From assembly GCF_006345805.1 (NCBI RefSeq), contig NW_021835763.1, positions 1-38,480 on the forward strand: a DNA stretch of 38,480 nucleotides, given 5' to 3'. The first letter of the stretch is position 1. Each line of letters opens with the position of its first letter. Positions 23,556 to 35,300 of the stretch are shown here, piece after piece. The stretch is from Octopus sinensis. Taxonomy: Eukaryota. The notes beneath the pieces were generated by a model, which saw only the letters and a list, made by a program, of their open reading frames with translations, was not told the origin of the DNA and made no database searches. Made by a program: the position numbers and the translations under genes.

Positions 23556-24879
23556 TATGTGTTTGTGTGAGTGCGCATGTATGTATGCCTCTGTGTGTGT
23601 GTGTGTGTGTGTGTGCGTGTGTACGTGCGCGAGTGTGTGCGAGTGCGCGCGCGTATGTGTCTGTGTGTGTTTGTAAAACATAACTTATATGCTTACAGAA
23701 GGGAGGCGAAGTATTCCTTGCAGCTATTTGTTGACGAAGCTGAACTCACAAATCAAAATCTTGGAGTTTGTCTCACAGCAGTCTTCATATAGTTATCAAA
23801 ACCGATCAGTATTAATACTTTCGGCCCTTTTTTAATCCCTTGATTTTTGACATTTAATAATTGCGTTCTTACTATAATTATTTATTTCATCATTAGGAAA
23901 ATGAGAATGCAGTCAATATCAGGGACGTGCTCCTAAACCGTAAAAAATAAAATGTGCATTTTCTGGCCATAAAATTAATACCCGTTTATTTATTTATACT
24001 TATCTATATTTTGTATTATAATACTATGTTATGTTATCAATAATTTTTCCTGTACAAGTCATTTTTATAAATTATTCGACAGGAACGGAAAAAATATGTG
24101 AGTTGTTAACAAGCGTGGCGTGAAATTTTATACCAAAATATAATTTGGATGGATTAAGTTTTATCTATGAAATACTGTTATGGGATATCAATGTGAGATA
24201 TATTTACAAAAGATGAAACAAACTATGTATATTGATAACATTTGAAATGTTCGTATATTAGGTGCCTTCCTTAATTATGAACGGTTTGTGATTGTAATGA
24301 ATATTAGCAACCATAATTCAATATTCTCTCAAGGGAGTTACTCAGACATATGCACAAACACAAAGCAGAACGAGAACTATTCAGATGTAGGTGTGAAGAT
24401 TGGAACTCAAACATTTATATATACACGCATACGTACACATATGTGTGTATGTGTAAACGTATCAATTTATGAGATAATTTGATAAATATGAAAAATATGT
24501 AGATAAACGAATGCATATGTTTGAGGTTAAATGGTTGTTGGAACTTACGGATTGTTAAACATTAGCACGCATATATTTACATGTGTATGTGCGTATATTG
24601 AAAACATATGAAGAAGTCAAGAGACAAAAGGAGGAATAAACATTTAGTCGGTAAGATTGGCTTATATTGGAATGTAACTTATTCAGAACATCGAAGGAAT
24701 AATATACACATTAGATCATGAATCATGTTTAAAAATTTAAGCATGCATGCGCCTATACATACGTGTATATATACATGCGTACCTCCATCCATCCATCCAT
24801 CCATCCTTCCATCCATTCATCTATCAATCCATCAATCCATTCATACATATATGCATGCATGCGTAAATACATACACATC

Positions 24880-25065
24880 TATCTTTTTCCTTTACTTGTT
24901 TCAGTCATTAAAACGCGTGGCCATGCTGGGGCACAGCTTTGAAAGATTCTAGTCGGCAGAATCGACCCGGGTACTTATTTTTTAAGCGTGCTATTTATTA
25001 TATCGGCATATTTTGCCGAACCGCTAAAGTGCGGCAATTTAAACACACCAATACCAGTTGCCAAG
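24880..25065 (-). mobile_element. 3' half of a family A-related SINE
   Basis: Reverse complement of GTTCGGCAAAA..CCGAT and the tail GTGCCCCAGCATGGCCACG..TGACTGAAACAAGTAAAG. Confidence 0.7.
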
Positions 25066-25103
25066 CGTGAGAGACAAGCACAGGTACAAAGAAACAAACA
25101 CAA

Positions 25104-25104
<1 letters not shown>

Positions 25105-25190
<86 letters not shown>

Positions 25191-25192
25191 AT
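25105..25192. repeat. (ATCT)n microsatellite
   Basis: Direct inspection. Confidence 0.97.
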
Positions 25193-25199
25193 GTATATG

Positions 25200-26970
25200 A
25201 CTAGCATCTCAGTCCAACCAAATTCCCTAGGAACAACCCTTGCGACACCATTCCCAGAATCCTTCACCCCTAAATTTTCTGTAAACAAACAATTGCCACA
25301 TACCTCACCCTCACAAACAAAACGGAATCCAAATATCTAGCGTTATTCCCTACGTGAGAGGATATATTTGCGACAATACTGTCTTTTCACTCACCTCCCA
25401 GGAACTAGACGCATCAACTATGGAATATGCATGAACAGCCAACCGCATCACACTGCTCTCACACAAACAAAACAGAATCCCAATATCTGCCGCTGTTCTC
25501 TTCATGGGCGAATATGTTTGTAACAAAGCTGCCTTTTTACCCACCTACCGGGAACTAGATGATCTATTATTAAATATAGTGACGCTGGGAAAACTGGTAA
25601 TATTGTGAGTGTTCCCCACAACAGATTGAACCAAGCCAGACCTGCTCCTTATCCCAACTCGACAAAGTCCAACTTCTACAATAACTGTATCGCCTACTAT
25701 GGCAAAAATGGTTCCTTTCTCTCACGTAAACCGGGGAACAGAAAACCAAACAGAAAAAGCAAAGGTAATAATAACATTAATTGTGTGCAACAGCAACTGC
25801 AGTGACACTGGAAACCAAGCTTCATTTTTAGCCATGCTGAATCTGCCAAAAGATATCCAGAGAATCTGGCAAAAGAAATCCAACCTCTACTACAAACACA
25901 AAGCGAAAAGCATCCTTGCTGCTGGGCACTGAGTAGCAACAGCAATAACAACAAACATGATGTGCGGATCCTGAAGAAACGTAACGAAGCTGCTGGTTTA
26001 CCAAAGACATTCCGCCTTAATGCCCAATGTATCAACCCAGCCATCAAGGCTCAAAAATGGAAAATACCCTACATTCAGGGATGGATTGCAGCGCACTCAC
26101 ATTCAATCCATTTCATTTTCCTAAGTGAGACCCAACTAAACGTCCATCATTTAGAGGTTGAACTCAAAATCAGAGACTTCTTCATTGCCATTCGCACTGA
26201 TCGGGAAAGCCGAAGAAAGGGTCCAGTTACTGTTTTCCTCCTTGATTCGCTCAGCGCAGATGCCAAGGACCTTTTCTCCAACGGCTACTCCGAATCAGTC
26301 TCTGTACACAAGGGTAAAAACCAGTCTCTCATTGGGCCCTACAGACCTTCACAAGCACCCTTACACTATTTCCATGAGTGTTTCGGGAAGATCAAATTTT
26401 TCCTCCTGCAATGTAACACAGGAAATATTCTGATGATGGTCGACTTGAAACTACCCTCTGTAGATTGGTCCACTAATATTGTTAGACAAAGAGCCTTCTC
26501 CTCAAGCTCAGACAAAGCAGCAGCAGAATTACTTTTCAAATTTATGGATCATTTTTTTCCTGTCACATCTCGCCCATAAACCAACCAGATTCAGCAGTGA
26601 GTCTTGACAGGTTCTCTGCCAGAGCGCTGATGAAATGCAGACAGCAACTTGCAGCTCCTCTTGCAAATCTCTAGAGGAAATCACTGGATGCCGGTTTTAT
26701 CCCTCAAAACTTTCTCTCCTAGTCAGTCGTTCCTATCTTTAAAAACGGGAATAAATTGTTCCCAGTAAATTATCGTCCAATCTCATTCACATCACATATC
26801 AAAATATTTGAGAGAGAGTGTTGAGATCAAGAATAACAGTCTTCCAAGAGCAAAATCATCTAAATTGCAACCAGCATGGTTTTTGTGGTGGGAGAGGCTG
26901 TCTAACACCGTTCCTCCACCACTTTGATGATACCTTGATGTCGGCAAGGCCTTTGACCGAGCTGACCACA
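25200..26970 (+). mobile_element. Degraded CR1/L2-group LINE: ORF1 with duplicated CCCH-type finger, APE, internal deletion, RT N-terminal part
   Basis: ORF1 remnant ICRCSLHGRICL*QSCLFTHLPGT is duplicated. APE motifs FLSETQL, IRTDRESRRKG, YRPS in ORF 25962-26579. RT pieces PVNYRPISFTSH, QHGFCGGRGCLT, DVGKAFDRADH. Truncated where a SINE begins. Confidence 0.85.
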
Positions 26971-26971
26971 A

Positions 26972-27290
26972 TGGAGCACTCCGTCGGTTACGACGACGAG
27001 GATCCCAGCTGATACAATCAACGGAACAGCTTGCTCGAGTAATTAACGTGCAAGTGGCTGACCGTTCCAGACACGTGTACCATTAATGTAGTTCGCAAGG
27101 AGATTCAGCATGACACAGAATGTGACAAGGCTGGCCCTTTGAAATACAGGTACTGCTCATATTTGCCAGCTGAGTTGATTGGAGCAACGTGAAATAAAGT
27201 GTCTTGCTCAAGGACAAAACGCGTCGCCGGGAATCGAACTCACAACGATACGACTATGAGCCGAATGCCCTAACCACTAAGCCACAAGCC
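26972..27290 (-). mobile_element. Full-length tRNA-derived SINE family C
   Basis: A-box TGGCTTAGTGG and B-box GAGTTCGATTCCC, then GTCCTTGAGCAAGACACTTTATTTCAC. The latter resembles the conserved central box of Meta/V-type SINE superfamilies (assignment tentative). Confidence 0.88.
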
Positions 27291-28334
27291 CTCACCGACC
27301 ACTATATACTGTTAAGGAAACTATCCAACTGAAAAGGTGTTTATTCTTAAGTAATACATATTTAGAATACTATTTTACTGGAGAATGTATGCATACATAT
27401 TATAGCTTATTTGTGCGACGAAATTGAAGGTAATTTAAAGTGTAATTATGGCTAAAATAATTATACATAATGGAAAATATTAAATAATGACAAATTTAGA
27501 TGGTTATATCTGGATAGCTATTATTTAGCTATTATGACAGTAATGACATGTAATTCCAAGTAGTTTACCAAATATCCAATTAAAGCATTTACTACAGAAG
27601 CTATGATGAAAAATACAAGAGTTTGTTTGGCTATACATCTTTATAAATTGTAAAAATATCTAATATTTAATCAGCCTACATAGGTAAAAACTAAATACAT
27701 AATTTTAAGTGGGTATTTATATACGTTCAACACCATTAAAAATTGTTCTAAAGTGAATAATATCAAGTGGTAAGGTTAATTTAATAATAAGTAGAACAGT
27801 GTTATATGACTAATTAATTATTTGGCAACACCAGTCTGCCAAATAAATGTAATTAAGAAAAAGAAGGGATGGCTATAATAAAGGCAATTAAGAAAAATGA
27901 AGCAATTGTTTATGTGACAATTAATAGATAATCCTGTACAATGAAATAGCTTCAAGTGAAAGTTGGGAATATGGTATCAATTAGTTTATACGCGTATCTA
28001 GAGATTATAAGGTATACAGCAACTTCTAGAGGATTCTATGCTACTTATCCCCTTTATGTATTGGATTATAAAGCTCTTGGAGTTTCTTAGTTATAATTTC
28101 GAAAATAAATTCGAAATTGCCATGCTGAACACGTTTTCAAAGTAAATGATTATCTAAGGAAGTAACTCATATATACCGAGAAAGCACAATTATTTATTAA
28201 TATACGTATATAATGCTGTACAGATCTGAAACTTCAGACGGAATGTTTGATGGAGAGTATTTGAAGATTACTTTAAGAGAACGCAGAGGTTTGTGCTAAA
28301 CTGTCTTCCTTGTAGGAATGAAAAATAAATAGTA

Positions 28335-28494
28335 GGCGTAGGAGTAGCTGTGTGGTAAGTAGCTTGCAACCACATGGTTTCCGGGTTCAGTCTCACTGTG
28401 TGGCACTTTGGGCAAGTGTCTTCTACTATAGCCTCGATGCCGACCAAAGCCTTGTGAGTGGATTTGGTAGACGGAAACTGAAAGAAGCTCATCG

Positions 28495-28568
<74 letters not shown>

Positions 28569-28768
28569 TATATATATATGCACAACATCGCTTGACAACC
28601 GATGCTAGTGTGTTTATGTCACCGTAACTTATCGGTTCGGCAAAAGAGACCGATAGTATAAGTACTAGGCTTACAAAGAATAAGTCCTGGGGTCGATTTA
28701 CTCGACTAAAGGCGGTGCTCCAGCATGATCGCAGTCAAATGACTGAAACAAGAAAAAGAGTAAAAGAG
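28335..28768 (+). mobile_element. Full-length SINE family A
   Basis: Head GGAGTAGCTGTGTGGTAAG/GGTTCAGTCTC, internal (TA)n, tail GGCGGTGCTCCAGCATGATCGCAGTCAAATGACTGAAAC plus AAAAGAGT. Confidence 0.92.
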
Positions 28769-29299
28769 TTGAAACATGTTTAGAAACTGAATAACTATAT
28801 AATGACATACCTATGTCAAAGTATTTATATAACAAGCCTTTGGCAAAATATTGATAAATGCAAAGGATATAGTATAAGTATAGTAAACTGCTTTTAGTCT
28901 TAGAAAGTAGATTATAACAGAGAGATAAAGTGAAATAAATATTGATCGAGGAATTAAACATAAACTTCATAACACATTAGTTAAAATGTAAAAATCAGAA
29001 GTATGATAGTTGATGAGGACAACAATATAGAGTTAATAACACTTAAGAAATCTCAGTTTTCCACGCGACTCGAGTTTCTCATCTATTGCGATTTTTAAGC
29101 GAGGAGTTCTTCAAATTTCTTGCCTGAGGTTCACGGGGCTCAGAACGACATGACGTTAGTAAAATTTTCACTTTCACTTTCAATGAAACGTAACATCCTC
29201 TACAATATATATTGAGCACTCTATTATTCGTCCGATATAAATCAACATCTGTACACACATCCATATATAAACGCAAAACACACACACGCACCCTTTCAT

Positions 29300-29365
29300 A
29301 CATACATACATGCATGCGTACATTTATATACATATATATACATATATATATATAATATATATATG

Positions 29366-29398
<33 letters not shown>

Positions 29399-29456
29399 GT
29401 ATAATATATATATATATGTATATATTATATATATATATATGTATATATATATTATG

Positions 29457-29496
<40 letters not shown>

Positions 29497-29504
29497 ATAT
29501 ATAT

Positions 29505-29537
<33 letters not shown>

Positions 29538-29560
29538 TATAATATATATGTATATGTATA
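29300..29560. repeat. (TA)/(CATA) microsatellite upstream of the Penelope-like element
   Basis: Direct inspection. Confidence 0.95.
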
Positions 29561-29703
29561 TGTAGGAAAGGAAATAATGATAAAAATAAGGCAGAATGCT
29601 AAACGGAACCAATTTGCTTTCAGTGTAACATTCTGCTTTATTATTATTTCTTTTCCTATCTTTCCTCTACGTGCGGTTAACACAATCCCACCATTTACTG
29701 ACT

Positions 29704-31427
29704 TAGGCTACTTACTAAGACCCTATCACCTTTTTCCGGAGGCACAGCCTCTTCCGCTCCCGGTTTAATGCTCAGTAGGAATAATTATAGTAGTAATAAT
29801 GATATGAGAGCCAGTACAGTGACACATAATCTCAGCTCCAGCCAGGGAGTACCCACTAGGGGTATAGTTATAAATAGGGGTGTTGTGGTTGACGGTAACA
29901 ATGGGAGTAGGGTAGAGAGCCCCATTAGCATCCCCAGCATCATTTCCCGCAATAGCAGTACCACGGGCAGTAGCAATGACAGCACTCTGATAGATAGTGG
30001 AGAATCAGGGGTTATTCCTATAGTTAATAGTGACGTAGTGGAAAATAGAGTAGTAAGCGGCTGCAGGTCTCGGAACGAATATAGTGTCAGGAACGCAGTT
30101 CTAATTCAGAAACCAATCCTAGCAGATTAAGATTCACGTCGGCGAACTCCAAGATCAAAAACGCCGTCTACCAATGCAAGGTTTACACGGGCTCAGATGC
30201 CTTCACTTATGTAGGGGCATCATCCTCAGATTGTCTTTGCGTGTCTCCAACCATTACGCAACTTTTCGGGACGTGAACAAGCGCCAGACCACGGGACTCA
30301 GTAAGCTAATATGGCGACTGAAGGATGCGAACTTAAGCTATAGGCTGGAATGGTCAATTTTGTCGGTGGCCCTCCCATTTGATAGGGGCAGAAGACAGTG
30401 CAACCTTTGTGTCTCCGAACTCTTCCATATTTTGTTTGCCAGAGGCGGGATGGTAAACGGGCTCTTACAGTCGGCTTTTCGATGCCCCCATTGGCGGCGT
30501 TACACTTATCTGGCCTTTAAATAGCGTTTATAAATAATACCGGCACCCATAGCCCTTGGTAACAAATTCTGAAATAGCCTTTAAGATATCTACGATTGAC
30601 CACTGCAAGGGGAATTACTCCTGTAAGACAAACGGGGCTTGGTTTTTTCACAGCGGGGGGTTTCCTTGACAAGGTAGGCTTAGATGAACACACACACACA
30701 TAAAACATAATATATATATATAATTTTTTTATTGTTTTCTTTCTGCCACCCAACGGTTATCACAGCAGTAGCCACTGACAGCCGAACGATCAAACGCACA
30801 CACGTACACAAAAAATGTTTTCTACCCCTACGCCAACACACACTATATAGAACAGTATACACACACACACGTCTCTAAGTAGATTTTTTCTCGCCACTTA
30901 TAAAACATCCAATATTCTTTAAATAGTCAGAACTTTATTCTCGGTCACAAAGAACATCTATACACCCTCACCCACATGATTGACCGATGCCTGACCCGTT
31001 GAATTCTTCAGCACACCGGTTCTCAACATACACTGATAAACAGTTTCGCCATGGGCTTAGGAGCACAGTTCGATTTGTTTTTTGCTCCGCCTCTGTTCTG
31101 TTTTTGTTTTTCCAACGGATTTCCTTTTTTCTTCCTGAAGAGAAAGACACAATATGGTCCCATTATTCAATCGGATTTTGGTAATTTGTGCCTTTCGAAA
31201 AACGTGTAGAATGAAATAAAACGATTTCTGTTCAATCTGCGTTCAGCTCCATTCTTCAATTCACCAATAATGTTTTAATTTCAATTATCCGCACCAACGC
31301 ACGGTTGCAACGCCAGATGGTTGTACCTCCAACCGTGCTGTTTACTGCTGTGATTTTTGCTACTAAGGTATCGGTTAAACTGTTGATTAATACTACAAGA
31401 TTATTCATCTTTCTATTTCACATAATA
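29704..31427 (+). repeat. Upstream pseudo-LTR: linker, GIY-YIG coding segment, 3' UTR and hammerhead
   Basis: Matches 33335-35067 apart from scattered small indels and a few substitutions. Confidence 0.93.
31122..31221 (+). ncRNA. Type I hammerhead ribozyme fold in the upstream pLTR (stem III C-to-A variant)
   Basis: CTGAAGA 31135-31141; stem II GAAAGACACAA/TTGTGCCTTTC; GAAA 31197-31200; then AACGTGTA where the downstream copy has CACGTGTA. Confidence 0.72.
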
Positions 31428-31489
31428 CATACCGCTTCGTCAAGAAACTGCTACTTTACCGATGCCAATAATGGAGTGAGTTGTCGAGA

Positions 31490-34159
31490 TTGATGCGTCC
31501 CTTAAGGATATTCCTATACCACCAAAGGATGCCTTCCTTAAGGAGTTGGTTTGTAAAACCAACGCATTCATAAACCGGATAAGATGGCTCATTTTCTTCC
31601 ACGAGAACGAAGATCTAAAATCGAACCGGACAACAGCATCGTCCGAATACGGCCGGCTTTTTAAAACATTGGATACGCCGCCACCGAACCCAAGACTGAA
31701 GAAGTTTGAGGACGACTTGTGGGACATAGTTAGAAAGATTAAGTTCAGGAAGTCACCCAGGAGAATGCCCACCTCAGATACCTAGATAAAATTACCAAGG
31801 ACATTATAGAACGGACGGAGTCCTGGTCCAGTCCGACAAGACCAGGAACACATACAAGATGCCCATTAAGCAGTACCTAGATTTACTCGGTAAAGAGATC
31901 AAGAAAAATTATAGAAAAACCAATTGGAGTACCCTGAGGAAGGTAAACTTGGAAATTAAGGATATAATATTTAAACACCGAATTCAAATGAGAACTCAGC
32001 CGCTTAGCCCAAGCAACCCAGATTTATAGTGAAGGACCATAAACCTAACTTCCACACCAACCCAGCGCTAAGACTCATATGCCCTGCTAGATCTGATATC
32101 GGGATAATCAGTAAGTACATTTTAGATAAATATATCCCTAGTTTAGTAAACAAGCTGAAGCTCAGCCTCTGGGCCAACTCCTCGCAGGTAGTGAAGTGGT
32201 TCTCTTCCATCCCCAATAAGAACCGTACTAGGTTCATTCAGTTTGATATCGCCAGCTTCTACCCCTCGATTAACCCTAGTGTGCTAAATAAGGCCCTCTG
32301 GCATGCTCACAACAAGGCTGGCCTCACCAGAGAAGAGATAGATATCATTTTAGTTGCCAGGAAATCGTTTATTAAGTTTGATAATAAGTTGTGGATCCGT
32401 AAAGATACTCCCAATGAATTGATGTGCCTATGGGTAGTTCGGATAGTGCGCAGATAGCCGATTTGGTCGGAATATATATTCTCTACGAATTGTCCGATCA
32501 ATTCCCGGAGATCGCGGGCGGCCTGTATCGTGACGATTGTCTGTTTTACCTGCAAAACACCACGAACAGAATAGTGCAGAAAACTAAGAGCAGGTTAGCT
32601 AGGTTTTTTAATAGAATGGGCATGAGTATAGTTTTTGATAATGAACTCACCAAGGCTAATTTCCTAGACGTTACACTTAACCTTAATAGCGACTCATACT
32701 GCCCTTACCATAAGCCTTCCACTAATTTGAAGTATGTCAGTGTCTTCTCAAATCATGCCAAAACCGTAACAGACAATTTGGTTAAAAACATCTCTCTAAG
32801 ATTGTCTGGCTTGTCCGCCAGTGCCGATATTTTTATGCAGAAAGCGGAATTTTATAACGCCGCACTATCCAAGCCCGGTTATAGGCAGAAGGTAATTTAT
32901 ATTGATCCGGCCCTTCCGATGCCATCATTCGGTCATCAGGATAGGGCCGTATATAATAACATTAACATTTAAGTAAGGACGGGAGCGCGGCGGATGCCGG
33001 GGTAGTCGCTCCCGCATTTAATTTAGCGAACAAGGATAATTATCGGTCCGGGAGGTCTTACACTAACCCAAGACCCGTTATTCATCCGAGAATCACCCAC
33101 CCGAATGCGAGAGGTGGCGTCCCGACCCATCACACTGATAGGAATAAGCATATATGGTTTGTAATCCCCTTTGGTAAGCAGATTAGAACTAACCTCCCCC
33201 TCATGTTTAGACAAGCCATCGCCAATAACTTCCCCAGAAATTCCAAATATTACTCCACGGTTAACTCACATAATGTTAGGATAGCTTTCTCCAACACTAA
33301 AACACCTCGCCCAGATAATCGCCTCCCATAATAATAGGCTACTTACTAAGACCCTATCACCTTTTTCCGGAGGCACAGCCTCTTCCGCCCCGGTTTAATG
33401 CTCAGTAGGAATAATTATAGTAGTAATAATGATATGAGAGCCAGTACAGTGACACATAATCTCAGCTCCAGCCAGGGAGTACCCACTAGGGGTATAGTTA
33501 TAAATAGGGGTGTTGTGTTGTGGTTGACGGTAACAATGGGAGTAGGGTAGAGAGCCCCATTAGCATCCCCAGCATCATTTCCGCAATAGCAGTACCACGG
33601 GCAGTAGCAATGACAGCACTCTGATAGATAGTGGAGAATCAGGGGTTATTCCTATAGTTAATAGTGACGTAGTGGAAAATAGAGTAGTAAGCGGCTGCAG
33701 GTCTCGGAACGAATATAGTGTCAGGAACGCAGTTCTAATTTCAGAAACCAATCCTAGCAGATAAGATTCACGTCGGCGAACTCCAAGATCAAAAACGCCG
33801 TCTACCAATGCAAGGTTTACACGGGCTCAGATGCCTTCACTTATGTAGGGGCATCATCCTCAAGATTGTCTTTGCGTGTCTCCAACCATTACGCAACTTT
33901 TCGGGACGTGAACAAGCGCCAGACCACGGGACTCAGTAAGCTAATATGGCGACTGAAGGATGCGAACTTAAGCTATAGGCTGGAATGGTCAATTTTGTCG
34001 GTGGCCCTCCCATTTGATAGGGGCAGAGAAGGGTGCAACCTTTGTGTCTCCGAACTCTTCCATATTTTGTTTGCCAGAGGCGGGATGGTAAACGGGCTCT
34101 TACAGTCGGCTTTTCGATGCCCCCATTGGCGGCGTTACACTTATCTGGCCTTTAAATAG
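31490..34159 (+). CDS. Penelope-like RT plus GIY-YIG endonuclease polyprotein (~890 aa when reconstructed across small indels); start codon unresolved
   Basis: SLKDIPIP..FINRIRW; KDHKPNF..RLICP; FIQFDIASFYPSI; FDVPMGSSDSAQIADLVG; GLYRDD; thumb HIWFVIPFG..SHN; GIY-YIG AVYQCKV..TYVGASS..RVSNHYATF..TGLSKLIWRLK; C-terminal CNLCVSE..RCPH. Confidence 0.88.
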
Positions 34160-34761
34160 CGTTTATAAATAATACCGGCACCCATAGCCCTTGGTAACAA
34201 ATTCTGAAATAGCCTTTAAGATATCTACGATTGACCACTGCAAGGGGAATTACTCCTGTAAGACAAACGGGGCTTGGTTTTTTCACAGCGGGGGGTTCCT
34301 TGACAAGGTAGGCTTAGATGAACACACACACACACATAAAACATAATATATATATATAATTTTTTTATTTTTTTCTTCTGCCACCCAACGGTTATCACAG
34401 CAGTAGCCACTGACAGCCGAACGATCAAACGCACACACGTACACAAAAAATGTTTTCTACCCCTACGCCAACACACACATATATAGAACAGTATACACAC
34501 ACACACGTCTCTAAGTAGATTTTTTCTCGCCACTTATAAAACATCCAATATTCTTAAATAGTCAGAACTTTATTCTCGGTCACAAGAAAGAACATCTATA
34601 CACCCTCACCCACATGATTGACCGATGCCTGACCCGTTGAATTCTTCAGCCACCGGTTCTCAACATACACTGATAAACAGTTTCGCCATGGGCTCTTAGG
34701 AGCACAGTTCGATTTGTTTTTTGCTCCGCCTCTGTTCTGTTTTTGTTTTTCCAACGGATTT

Positions 34762-34860
34762 CCTTTTTTCTTCCTGAAGAGAAAGACACAATATGGTCCC
34801 ATTATTCAATCGGATTTTGGTAATTTGTGCCTTTCGAAACACGTGTAGAATGAAATAAAA
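34762..34860 (+). ncRNA. Type I hammerhead ribozyme fold in the downstream pLTR
   Basis: Stem I TTTTTTCTTC/GAATGAAATAAAA (bulged); core CTGAAGA 34774-34780; 11-bp stem II with one mismatch and a ~33-nt loop; GAAA 34836-34839; palindromic stem III ACACGTGT; GUA with predicted cleavage after 34847. Confidence 0.82.
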
Positions 34861-35129
34861 CGATTTCTGTTCAATCTGCGTTCAGCTCCATTTCTTCAAT
34901 TCACCAATAATGTTTTAATTTCAATTATCCGCACCAACGCACGGTTGCAACGCCAGATGGTTGTACCTCCAACCGTGCTGTTTACTGCTGTGATTTTTGC
35001 TACTAGGTATCGGTTAAACTGTTGATAATCTACTACAAGATTATTCATCTTTCTATTTCACATAATATATATATATATTATATATATATATATTATATAT
35101 TAATTTTAATCCAAAAGGGAAACAAAAAA

Positions 35130-35300
35130 AACACAACAACAACAGGAACAATTACAGTATTATTTTTAATAGGCGCTCAGGAGATGGAAGCAGGGAGGTA
35201 TGACGTTTCGAGCGGATAGCTCTCGTCGGAACATAAAGAAGGAAGAGAGAGGAAAGAAAGATCCCAGAGCGGGCAACAGGAAAGAGAAAAAAAAGACGAC
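35130..35300 (-). mobile_element. Short pLTR-like repeat (family 1-related) with a compact hammerhead-like core
   Basis: Minus strand CCGACGA-GAGC-TATCC-GCTC-GAAA-CG-TC (GUC triplet) at ~35200-35230, followed by CCTGAGCGCCTATTAAAAATAATAC. Stem I is poor. Confidence 0.55.

Larger units (their letters stand above)
29704..35067 (+). mobile_element. Penelope-like element (C-terminal GIY-YIG type) in partial tandem: a 5'-truncated copy followed by a full-length copy
   Basis: Near-identical direct repeats 29704-31427 and 33335-35067 (~1.73 kb) bracket an RT-coding region. The 3' end runs into (TA)n. Confidence 0.93.

Noticed and set aside
31478-31486. Selenocysteine recoding of the in-frame TGA, as reported for some Naiad PLEs
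   Set aside because: There is only one TGA, it is not at a conserved Cys position, no SECIS was identified, and the domain order is not Naiad-like.
29785-33808. Antisense ORFs over the PLE (29785-29985, 31440-31772, 32004-32237, 33023-33214, 33575-33808)
   Set aside because: Shadow frames of the plus-strand PLE ORF with no recognisable motifs.
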